A stretch of DNA of 64,000 bases from Ascidiella aspersa (taxonomy: Eukaryota): the NCBI GenBank assembly GCA_963924565.1, contig OZ004609.1, positions 25,296,001-25,360,000 on the forward strand. The letters run 5' to 3'. Every line of letters begins with the position of its first letter. The first letter of the stretch is position 1. Position numbers and translations under genes: made by a program. The notes beneath the pieces were generated by a model. That model ran no database searches, was not told where the DNA came from, and was given only the letters and a program-made list of their open reading frames with translations. Of this stretch, positions 12,601 to 24,014 are shown piece after piece.

Positions 12601-15600
12601 CAGGTAGCATAAAATGCGAAAAGTTTTTAGGTAAGCGTTGTTTGTATTTCACTACTTTTGTCTCGTTATTCTGAGGGATTATTTAGGTGTTTTAAATTGA
12701 CAATTGATGTTTTAAAGTAACATTCATTTCTTTTTTTTTTATTGCTTTGATGTAATCATGCGTAAAGTATTACTTTCTTGTTTTCGTGCCAAGTTCAGCG
12801 TTGTTTCAAGCAACATAGATTTACTTTGAAACAACCCAAGCAAACCTTATCCAGTTTTCCACCACAATATACATCTGGGATTTCATTTTAAGTTTTCTGG
12901 TCAGAAATGGCCGTTTGGGTCTTTAGAAAAAGAGTTTACAAAAAATGTTGTTTGTGTAGATGCAACGTCTTGTCAGCTACAAAGAAAAAGCGTATATTGC
13001 ACCAGCAGTAGATTTCATAAAATTACAAGTGCTATCGCACAAAATATTTGTGAAAATTATATAATCGATTTTATTAGAATTTTGTACCATGATGTAAGAT
13101 GCTGAAACATAGTTATAATTGGGAGAGTCAAGATATGAGAGAATCCAAATTAACGTCAACACAAGATAAAAATAACAGAGAAAGTCGAATCTAATGTCCA
13201 TACTGTCCAGTAATTAATTATTTAAAGTCAAAATAACGTCATTCAGTCCTCGGTGCTTACGCTTCTGTACCAGCGCAAAACAACGAAAATACCCAAAGGC
13301 GAGGAATGAGTCAACCAAGTCAAAACGCAGTGGAAAGTAAAACAGATCTATAGAAGTCAATAGTTTGCTAAAAGGCAGTTGTTAAGGGTCAACAGTTTGT
13401 AACAAAGTCAACTAAGTGTACGTTTCCTCGGACAAAAATACAGCCGATCAGTCGTTTAGTGTTGGATAACATACATTGGCTTTATCTTTCGTCAAGCTAT
13501 AGTAAACCGCCATTGGAATGTGCCATCAGTGAGTGTTACGATGTTTCAGCAAATATTGACTTAAGACAGACATCGAAAGATTTAGCGTAAAGTTTTTTAG
13601 TGTTACGCTAAATTTTTTTAGTGATTTAACACACTTATAAACGGTTGTTTACAAGGATGGCGTACTTTTATTGTTGACTATTCTTTTGCCATTCTTCAAA
13701 CTCTTGTAATGCTACTTTTTACTGCTGGTTGCAGTCTAAAACAAAATACTTTTGTTGTTTTCGCAAACTTAGTTTTATAATATATATTAGGAATACCAAA
13801 GCTCATATAAAAGTAGGTAACATTTTGAACGTTTAGACTATTCTATATGGGCTTTGATATTTTCTACTAGTTTTATCAGTAGTGGAACCTGAAAGGTTTT
13901 ACAGTCCACGCCTTTATTTTCAGGTCGTGTGTTTGATTAGCGTCGTTATTTGGATAATTCGTATAACAAGGTTCCCCCTTAAATACTATGGTATCAGTTA
14001 AGAGGTGTAAAATGAATTTTTTTTGAAGGTAATGTATCGAGGAAAAATCAGATAGTTTTCCGCGTTTTGTATGACACTCATATAAATAGAACCGGTTAAA
14101 TACTGAAATGAAATGACTCGAGTTAACGAAGTAACGTGTAAATAGTTGTTTAGATACATACATGATATCAAACGCAATAGTGTCGCCGAACGTGCAGCAT
14201 TGTAACTATACGCGAATTCTTAGCGCCCACGCGTTAACAACAAGCTTGGTATATTCGGTCTGTTGCATGGACTTTCCGAGCCACACACACCTACACTATT
14301 GCTCGACGCTTCTCTCGGCGTGGTGACGCTTTCCAATTTCATGATAAGTGGTGTGCGAGGCTGGAGTCGCTAAATTGCCGGGAATTACTGGATTGAGGCA
14401 AGGCGTCCGTGCAGAGTACACCTTAATCTTGAATCTATTCGAGCGCCTGGAGTTTTAGAAGTCAAGCCGATTGTGGCTAAAAAGTCCTGTGCGAAAGCAA
14501 GTAACGCCGGTGGTGGTCGAGGATTAGCACGGGGACTGACGCAATAAACAGGTCAACAAGCCATTCTGTAAAATTTTAAGAGTTCATCGATCGCAAGGTT
14601 ACATCAACCATGCTTCAGTACAGTTCTATTGTGAGTCGAGTAAAAAGGGAACCGAAAAAGGGAAGAGATTTAACTATGTAAGCACATATCGGAGTTATTC
14701 ACGAAGCACAGTACATATGCGTGCGTGTGTCGGGTATCAACATCGATATGCCCCAGAATAGGCTACCGTGAACCAGAAACCAGCCGACTGCGCGTCAACC
14801 GCCGAGCTTTTGTCGTCAGCAAAAAATAACGAGAGAAGAGGGCGTCCCCAAATCGTGGAAGAAAGTAAATTACTTGACAAGCCCTAAAGCGGCGAAAAAG
14901 TCTCAGAAGGTTTGAGCGGTTGTTGCGGTGGTGCGCGCAGACAACCTGCAGAGCTTTTTGCTTGTCTTCGGGCGATAGATACCTGGAGCCAATTTATTTT
15001 CGCCTCGGTGAAAGAAGGCCGCCGCGAAATGTCAAACGCCGAAATCAGCAGAAGCGGCGGCTGGCGTGCTTTTCGGCTGGGATTTCGGTGGAAAGTTTCT
15101 CGCTTGTTGTAGACAGACGGGGCGTCTTCTGCGCGCGCAGCAGCGGCGAAACTCGCGCACCGGCACAAGGTGCTGTTTGTTCTGTCTGTCGCCACTCGAG
15201 TGTCCCGCATGCAAACATAACGCTCGTTGTAATTCTGTGGCAGGTTGCGGCGAGGACGATTCAGAAATGGGTTGGTAGCACCAATGGGTTGGTGGCGTGT
15301 AGCAAATAAACCAGTGGAGAGGCGTGTTGCAAAGCTGTTTTTTATTGCAAATCGCAGGCGTTCGGTGCAAAGATTTCAGGCTAAAAATGACACTGATTTA
15401 ATATTTGTTTTGCAAAACGTAAAGTTTATTGTTGCTTAAAGAAAGTCTTTAAAATGGTAAGGGAAGACATTTACCGAGAATAATTTCGACATTTCTGTTT
15501 ACAACGAGACGAAATCTCGTAAGAATGGAACCAAATGGCTGATAAATACCGAGTAAAATTGCATTCCTAAAACTGAAACGCTAATAGAAATAGATGATAC

Positions 15601-18600
15601 CGATTAGTATAGTTTAATGTCTCATTGTTAAAATAAAGAAGCGAAACTAACATCACGAGTTAAATTTGGAGTCAACGTTACAAAGCATTTCAAGTAATAC
15701 TTTAATATAAATGTACCCATCTACAACCGCTGCACTAATAACGGAACGTGCACCAAGTCAATCTAAGTTCAAACGTTTCCAACGTGTTTGCCATTGTTTG
15801 TGTGAGGTCGATAAGAAGTTAGAGCAAATCAGGTACGTCACTGAGTGAGGGGGAGTTTTAGCCCTGCTGCAATTTTTTAAGAAGTGTCAAGGAACAGTCG
15901 CTAAACTATAAATCAAAGCAAGGCGCGGATGCAGTTTAATAGAGAGACGTACCAGTGTAATCCTTGCCCACTAATCTCATTTTACTGGAAGGCATATAAA
16001 GTTAAGAGGAGAAAGTGCTTCTTGCTTGCCATGACATGCGTAACGTGCCCGGCCGCTCGCCTACATATGACGCAAACAATAGCAAGTTATAAAAAAGAGC
16101 CGGGTGATCATTAAACGCGCAGCAGGGTTTCGCAGCAGGTCAGTAAGTACATGTCCAAATTTAATAGATGTTAAGAGCATTTGTGCCAGCGAGCCAGTTG
16201 TTTAAATGAGGTCAAGTTTCTCCACTGCATAAAGTTGCATTTAACTATTTTTGCCAGGGAGCCACAGACTAAAATTTGACACAAGTAAATAGTGTTTGAA
16301 ACTTAAAAAAATTGCAAAGCCCAGGTTTAATTGGCTTTGTACCATACACATGCTGCAATTATCCGCTGTGAAGGTGCCTTTTATCTGTCAATTGACTCTC
16401 AATCTTGTCAACGAAACTTGCTATTGTGTATTTCAACAATAGGTCAAGCCTTTATATACATCCTTGCAGAGAATGTTATCTTTCATGCCAAAAAAACATG
16501 TTTAAACTATTTTTTTATGTTTTGTATTTTGCCAAATTATTGTATTGATCTTACCATGTAAGGCAGCATTTGTTCATATTAACAATAAAAGCTATAATGT
16601 TCTATTTAAATAGGTTCATAAGGATAACAAGAAATTACAACTATATAAATAAAGTTTCACTTTTAAATATTCTGAAACTTTGATTTGAAAGTTTGTCTGA
16701 AAGAAGAGTAATGTAAAACCAGCAAGATTTCTTCAAACAAACAGTTTTGTCTTATCAATACTATCTGCAACATTACTAGACAGAAGTTCAAAATAAAAGG
16801 AGGGAAAACAAGACTGCAACAACATGGGAAATTCCGGGAGTCTTGATAACTCCAAAGGAAGTATTTTCAAAAAGCTCTTTAGCAACAAGGAAGTCAGAGT
16901 ATTAATGGTTGGTCTCGATTGTGCGGGAAAGACAACTATTCTGTACAGCATGAAGATGGGAAAAGTAGTAAGAACAATTCCTACTATAGGTAAGATGTTT
17001 AAAAAGTAAAAATTCAAGAAGTAACTTCACCTTTTTCATTTGAAATTCAAAAAAAACAAAAGCCTACATGGTATGCAATACATCTCATTATTGTTTTTTT
17101 ATTGAGAAAAAATGTACTTTTATCCTTAGGTTTCAACGTTGAAACTGTTGAATATAAGAACCTTAGTTTTTCTGTATGGGATATCGGTGGTCAAGACAAA
17201 ATCAGGCCACTATGGAGGCACTACTTTTACAATGTACAAGGTAAAGCAATACCGTTTAATCATGTCACTTAAAGTCCTATTGAAAAATTTACAACAAATT
17301 AATTTAATAGACGTATAAAACTTCATTTTTTTATAATGGTAACTCATCAAAAAATTGTTGTCATAAGGTTAAGTCAAATTATTTTTGTGATCCTAGAGAA
17401 CTTAAAAAAGTTTTACATTGACTTTCAGGTTTAATATATGTTGTGGACACTAATGATCGGGAGCGCATCGAGGAAGCAAGAGAAGAGTTGCACAGCCTTC
17501 TTTCTGAAGATGACTTAAAAGATTGCAAACTTCTTGTTTTTGCAAACAAACAGGCAAGTAACCATACTTGTTGGCAAGTGGCAGTATACCTTCTAACAAC
17601 AAGTTTATGAACAAAAAGCAAAAATTGCTGTCAAGTCAACATATAACTTAAAATAATATAATCACAAGACTTTAATTTCCCAAGTATTAAAGATTCTTGA
17701 TTTTGTTTTCAGGACCTTCCCAATGCAATGAGGATAGATGAAATCAAACAAAAGCTAAATCTTGCCTCGGTCACAAACAGAAGATGGCATGTGCAAGCAA
17801 GCTGTGCAATATCAGGCCAAGGTCTTTTTGACGGACTAACCTGGCTTGCCAGCCAATTTAAACAGGGAAAAAAGATGAAAGACCACTTTTAAAGGGCTGG
17901 TGTTTGTTTGTTTATTATCATCCTACTGTTGACATTATCAAATTGCGTACAGAATTTAAGCGTCCTATTTTATATAGAATTTGCCATGTTCCAGCACTTT
18001 TAAAAACTCTATAACATTCCCAACATCAAGTAAGTAGCTTAAGTGTTTCATTCATTTTATATAGCATTTGCCATGTTCCAGCACTTTCAAAATATCTATA
18101 ACATTCCCAACATCAAGTAAGCAGCTTAAGTGTTTCATTTTTGTCTAAAAACTTTTTACACATGTGTGGGGTCGAAATATAAACACTGTGACATCGTTAT
18201 GACATACAGTACATGTTAATTTCTTACACAAACCAACCTAGTCATAAACGGAACAGCAATGGGAATTTTGTATTTTTTGTTCATTTCATGACACTGTACC
18301 TGATTAAACGTGTAAACTTGAAATAATGTCAGCAAGTTTCTTTTTTAAGTGCTGTGTTATTTCTAACATGTTTTATGGTGAATAAATATTATTTTTGTTG
18401 CCATACTTTGTTTATATGATATTGATTGGCAAAGCCATTAAGTAAGAATTTAAAACCCATTCATGAAAGAACAACAAATAAGTTTTTTTGTTGTTTTATG
18501 TTGTTAACACAAAGACATCTTAGTTTTAGGCTGTAATGATACACAAGTACTAATGCCATGTTACATATGGGTGTTATGCATGAAAATTTTCTTGATTTAA

Positions 18601-21600
18601 AAAAATCGTTAAACAGAGTTCTACTTAGGTGGTTTACAATGACAAAAGAAAAAAATTACACACTCCAATGCACGATTTTTGGCGTGATACACCAAATATA
18701 ATCTGTTGATACATGTTACCATTTTGAGCTACAAAATTAACAAAGTAAATACTTGTTTTTTGTTACTGAATACAGCCCATGATCACCACCATGTGGAAGT
18801 AGAAAAAAAGTGTAAGGTTTAGTTGTATAGGTAAAACAAAGCAAATTACATAATCCTAAAAAAGCTATTGTAATACTAATAAGTGCTGTAAGGTTAAGTT
18901 CAACTTACACAGAATCCGGACTGAACTTGCACTTTAAAGCATATCTTGAATGAGCGTTCAACTTGGCTCTGGGATTAACTTGCATTATGCCCTCCAAAGT
19001 CTTGCACTGTGATACACTCCACACAAAACAGGTGCCTTAAATATGAAAATGACTAGTTAGAAGTAAGATCCTTTTGTAAATAATACAAAAATGCTTGTAA
19101 GTGGATTGCACAAATATAATACAGTGCAAGTGCGAAACACATAAAATGTAAGCAATTCTATCAAGAGTTAGCACTTTTAAGGAAAGTTGGAATTTATTTA
19201 AGTAAAGTTTAAACCTTACCCTGGGTATTTACAGCAGCTAGGTAGCTGGCATCTGGATCTATGTCAACACAATTTATTGCAACACCAGGCTCAGGTATCT
19301 AGAAAATAGATCTTATTTAAAATAACTATTTACTGTTTAAAAAAGTATTAGCTTCCAATATTTAATAAGACACATCATTTTGTAAAGATAGAAATAGATT
19401 ACAAAAATAAAATAAATTGAAACAGCTAATAAAATAGGGCCATGTAACTCATTTTAGAATAAATTGAAGCAGAGTTCAAGCGCCTAAAACATTTAATCAA
19501 ATTCAACAAAATGGTCTTTAAATAGTTCAGTTTTTACGGAAACTAGCCACATACTGGGAACAATGTAAAGAAATATGTAGCACATCAGTTAGATAAAAAA
19601 GCAGCAAATGCAACAATGTGAGACAATGTGATTTGATCACAGGACAATATATTTTTTTTATTTGATCATGGGACGACAATATAAGGTTGCCTACTTGTAG
19701 CCTAATTGTGTACTTAAATAAAACAAAATAAAACTCCAAATAAATTGGCATTCAAACAAAAATATAATAATCTAAAATATACTTGGCATTCTTGCTATAT
19801 ATAAGTTAAAGTAATAAAGCATAAAAGTATTTAAATCATGCACCAGTTGTTCGGTTTTGTCGGACTTCAGATCCCAGATGTTGATGCATCCACTTTGGTC
19901 GGCCACGATTAGTTCACCTTGGTTTGGATGCAGGCATACTGATGTGACAGGAGCATTGACTTGAAACATTCTGTTGCACTGGCCACTGTGCACCCTGAAA
20001 GCAAAGAACATTTAAATATACAACAAGTTTTACAGTGCCTTTTATTGATTCCACACAATACTGAGTGGATTTTAAAAACATGTATCAATATTAAAAAATA
20101 TATAAGATGGTTATTACACAGTTTACTAATGCTTCTTTAAAAAAATGTAAACTAATATAGTCACTTGGGGTAAAACAATCGCTAATGTTGGGGCAAAACG
20201 ATGCCCTTTATTCTACACTAAAAGTATTTTAAATCAGATTATTTTTCTGGTAAATATGGCATTCTCAGCCAAACCACTAAGTAATCAACCATCTTCACTC
20301 TTCTGTTTTCGGAGTATGAGTTTTTCTTCTTGTTTTCTGAATAGGATTGTGCTGATTTAAAGAATAGCAGTTGAACTTGTATAAAACCTTTTAAACCACT
20401 CTAATTTTTTATTTTTTTATAAATTTAGCTTTGGTAGAATTGCTATGTATGCTGGCAAATCATGGTTGAAGTTCCTAAGTTAATTTGGTATCAGGCCTGA
20501 CGCAATCTTATACTATTATGACACATCCTTTTACAGCAGGCAGATGATCAGAAGGGCCAACTCTAATAAAACGTAGGGCATATATCAATGCATAGTATTA
20601 AACTAAAAAACTGTCTCAGAATCAAATGCAAATCTAAAAAAATGAGCAAAAAATAAACAAATGCAATTCTAAAAAAATACATGGCATGTAATTTGCAGTA
20701 ATTTGGGCTTGCCCAAAAACTTATAAAAAAAAGGCTAAAAAAATATTTTTTGTGATTAAATTAGGGCGACTTGTGTTGGAGGTTTATTTTTTTTAAGAAA
20801 AGAAGCTGACAGCAGAAAAATTTAGGTTGTTAGATTGGCTGAAAAGTTTTTTGACTGATGCAAGTTTGGCCTATGCGATCACACAAAAAAACTTTTTTAC
20901 TAGCCTGCTAATTTCAATAAAGTTATTTATGAAAGTCTTGTGTTACTGTGGTGTTAAAAAGGTATCTGCAGTCTATCTACGTAAATGTGAACCGGCTACC
21001 AAAAATTGTTATAAAGAGATGAAGTGTGCACTTCGTTTTTCTTGTCAGGCTAAACAAATTTGTGAGATATTTTTCAAAAACTAAAAATTCCTTAGATGAT
21101 TGGAAAATTAGACTTATCAGCTCAATTCAAAAGAAAAACTACATTTTTGGTGCTAAAAACAAAAGCCAAAATGTTTTTTCTCATCCGTTTTGATTATTAT
21201 TTAATGTAAATCCAAGTCGGTATTCAGGCACCGCATATCCCAAATTCTGGCCATGTGATCTTCTCCACCAGTGAACATCCATTTTCCATCATCTTGGAAA
21301 CCAACCGCTGTAACATTTTTGCCCAGACCATCATAACAAACAATTGGGTTTGGATTCATTGACTTGATGTCATACATCCTGAAAACATCATCATTCAATA
21401 ACAAAGCATTCCTTGTGTTTATTACACTTAATGTAACTTTATTCATGGCCAAATATTTGTTTACTTCTACACATTATGAACAAAATGAGAACAAACACCC
21501 GGTCGACAAGCTTACCTCACATGTTGATAGCCAGCTGCTGCGAGCAGTTTTCGATCAGGGGTTATCTTCATTGCATTTACTTGCTGAAATATATAAAAAA

Positions 21601-24014
21601 AGGTCAAATGAAAATAGCGTTTTAATCTTTCATGCAAAATTGTATTTTATTATTAAAATTAAAAAAACTATTAGCTAAACGTTTAAACTGTGCCAGTCTC
21701 AAAATAGTACCATTGTTTTTTTATCAGTAGACATACTTAGGACACCATGAAAGTTCATTACAATGTAAAATTTTAGAACTCTTTAAGTAGCCCCATATAG
21801 CACTGTGAATAGCAGTATGGCAGAAAGCTGGCGACTTGGCAACTATGTCGGCTGAAGACAGAAAAACCGAAGAAATTGGCCAAAAAAAAATTTGAAAATC
21901 GATTTTCCAAAAAGAACTTGTGCTTGTTCTACACATATTCAAACAAATACATTTTCAAAATGCTTTATATGTAAAAACATTATGAACTAAAATTGCCAAT
22001 AATTAATTTTTTTGTGCCATTCTGAAAAAAAGTTACGAGTATGAAGCACGTTGTTTAGCAGGGAAAGGCCAGTGTTAAGCATATAGATTGTTTATTAGTT
22101 TAAAAAGTACTAAATTTCGCTAGAACTGTTGTGTATTTTCAGTTTTACTTTGATTTGACAAGTACGTCTTTATTGAGTTAAAAAAGCAAACATGATAGTT
22201 GCTATTCCTGTTAAATAGACAGGTATGACATTCCCATAGGCATATCAAGAAAAAAAAAATTTCGAAAAAAAAAAGTTTCCTGCCTCCTTTCGCTCTGCTT
22301 GTGTCTCTCAAGAATATATATTTTCCAAAAGGTTTGATCAATACTATGGTATGTTGCACTTCACTGTGTAACTCTAATTTCAAAAATCAATTTCTAATAA
22401 CTTGGATTATAAATATCGTTTTTAAAAAAATTGTCCCAATTTTAAGATTTTTTTTCTCGATTTTTGATCTGATTTTGAGCTACATGTGTGCACATGAGTT
22501 CACCCCAAAACAGCTTATCTATGTAACAGTGTTGGAGTAAGAAAAGCAGACATGTGCTGTGTGCACCTCTAGTCCCCACTGTACTTCAGGAAACCCCTTA
22601 TGTATTGCTTTATGTCACAAGAAAATTGACGCCTAAGGCGCAACTTTTTGCTAATTAGTAAACACTCTTGTTTATCGTCTAAACATGTCAAGGTTGATAC
22701 ATTCCTTAGGCGAAACAAATCATTTAAGTTTAGGGCGCGATAAAAAAACGAATAATTTAGCCAAAAAATGCTCGTCACCAGAAGGCTGGCAAGATTCTGC
22801 CAGCCTGGTGAATAGTATGGCAAGCGTGCCTAGGAGTTTTGTAACAGATCTAACCAGTACCACAAAAATCAAATATCCCCTCGTTTTTCCGATATCCTAC
22901 ACAAGCGGGGTACACCTTTGTTTTGTTTGGCTGTGCCAAAGATCTCCTCAAAATAACTGCCGTACTTTCTTCAAATTAGCCTATATCGGTCATGTTCAAA
23001 TGGCGGATCGCGATCTGGTTCTGGATCTTTTAAACGTTTTGCGCGGATCTTCTAATGTAGTCTTAAAAAAATAAAATACTTACTTTTTGACTATTACTAT
23101 ACACAGGGGCGAAAAATTTTCGCGCTTCAAGCGAATGATTTTTCTACATCCAACTTGTTTACGTTTTGATGCTGTCTTTTGAACTAGATCAGCACTTCAT
23201 AGGAAAACGTATTAAAAAATATTGGTGATATATTTCTAACATTTTTTATTTTCGGCAATGCAATAAAAATTGCAAGAAATTCAAAAGAAATGCTGGTATA
23301 CCTAAAAAAAATCGCGATTCTCAGTTAACATTTTGTGCGGCCCACAAGGACCTTTCTGAGTTTGGTGTTGGCCCGCGACTAGAAAAAGGTTGCCGACCCC
23401 TGGTCTAAACCAACTCATCATTTTTCACTGAAATATTCTTGGTGCTGTAGCACACTTCACTTTTGGCTTTTAAAAGTTAACAATATGTTGTAGGGTACAT
23501 TTACATAAATAAAGCACCATCAAAATTAAAGCGTGACCAATATGTTTACTATTTGCATTTGGTGGATCATTATGTTGTCAGGTTTAACTGTGGTGGATCA
23601 TGGCAGAAATCATTTGAACACCCCTGGCCTATATAATCTTATATCATGTAAAGCAGACATTTATTACGAAAATTTAATCATGATACAGATTGCTGACTAG
23701 AGGTTTGAGTAAGGAAACGTTTACTTTAGGCTAGTCTGTGGTAGGAAAAGAGATACGACCACCATGTGTAAAAATATTATACCACTTGCAACATTAAAAT
23801 TACCTTTAGGCAAACGCAACTTTATTAGAGAAATGTAAATTTTCAGACCATAGTAATTTAATTCTTAACTAATATATTGTTTGCTTCTTACGGAGTCCTG
23901 ATGTTGCACAGTTCGTGTACACAAACCACTATGGGCTTGCCAAAACCGAATGGTGTGGTCATAACTTCCAGTTGCCAATATCACTGAATTGCCATCATTG
24001 TTGTCACTGGGCAT
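6652..24014 (-). CDS. MLST8: Target of rapamycin complex subunit LST8 (WD40); 8 exons: 24014-23892, 21583-21516, 21378-21232, 19994-19844, 19298-19220, 19035-18909, 7370-7207, 6764-6652
   Basis: Spliced translation: [57 protein letters not shown]...[17 protein letters not shown]...[16 protein letters not shown]...[26 protein letters not shown]...[52 protein letters not shown]. Phases are consistent across the 11.5-kb intron 7371-18908. Confidence 0.96.
8659..9290. mobile_element. Foldback-type non-autonomous DNA transposon (long imperfect inverted arms, CAC...GTG ends, 7-bp TSD)
   Basis: The left arm CACCCGATCCGTTAGAAATTAGTGCATTTCTAAGCAAAAAGGTCTACGA... is the reverse complement of the right arm ...TCGTAGACCTTTTTGCTTAAAAATGCACTAATTTCCAACTGATCAGGTG. 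Inner arms 8861-8950 and 9054-9143 are also complementary. GCGCGAC is duplicated at 8652-8658 and 9291-9297. Confidence 0.85.
16088..16148 (+). promoter_or_regulatory. Candidate TATA promoter and short non-coding first exon of the nested ARF gene
   Basis: TATAAAA at 16088-16094, followed by donor-like GCAG|GTCAGTAAGT at about 16138-16148. Candidate acceptor TTACTAG ends at 16779, upstream of the ATG at 16824. CpG density drops by eye immediately downstream. Confidence 0.45.
16824..17892 (+). CDS. ADP-ribosylation factor family small GTPase (divergent ARF1/4-like paralog), nested antisense in MLST8 intron 6; exons 16824-16989, 17130-17240, 17429-17553, 17713-17892
   Basis: MGNSGS myristoylation start. 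G1 GLDCAGKT, switch [18 protein letters not shown]3 [18 protein letters not shown]4 NKQD, G5 SCAI. Intact frame; the third intron is GC-AG (CAG|GCAAGT). Confidence 0.95.
17967..18140 (+). repeat. Tandem duplication of an 87-bp unit in the ARF 3' UTR
   Basis: ATTTTATATAG(A/C)ATTTGCCATGTTCCAGCACTTT...CATTCCCAACATCAAGTAAG(T/C)AGCTTAAGTGTTTCATT starts at 17967 and at 18054, with few mismatches. Confidence 0.9.
23335..23626. mobile_element. Two solo right ends of hAT/Charlie-type MITEs in MLST8 intron 1
   Basis: ...GGCCCGCG...AAAAGGTTGCCGACCCCTG ends at 23402 and is followed by the Charlie-like target GTCTAAAC. ...TTTGAACACCCCTG ends at 23626. Matching left ends were not found. Confidence 0.5.

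Noticed and set aside
7434-16114. Many 60-160 aa ORFs in the MLST8 intron
   Set aside because: They overlap on both strands, have no recognisable domains and no consistent splice-phase chain. This is expected in GC-richer non-coding DNA.
22775-22811. Hairpin TCACCA-GAA-GGCTGGCA-loop-TGCCAGCC-TGGTGA, as a pre-miRNA or Helitron end
   Set aside because: Too short for a pre-miRNA, no CTRR terminus, and it lies among decayed transposon fragments.
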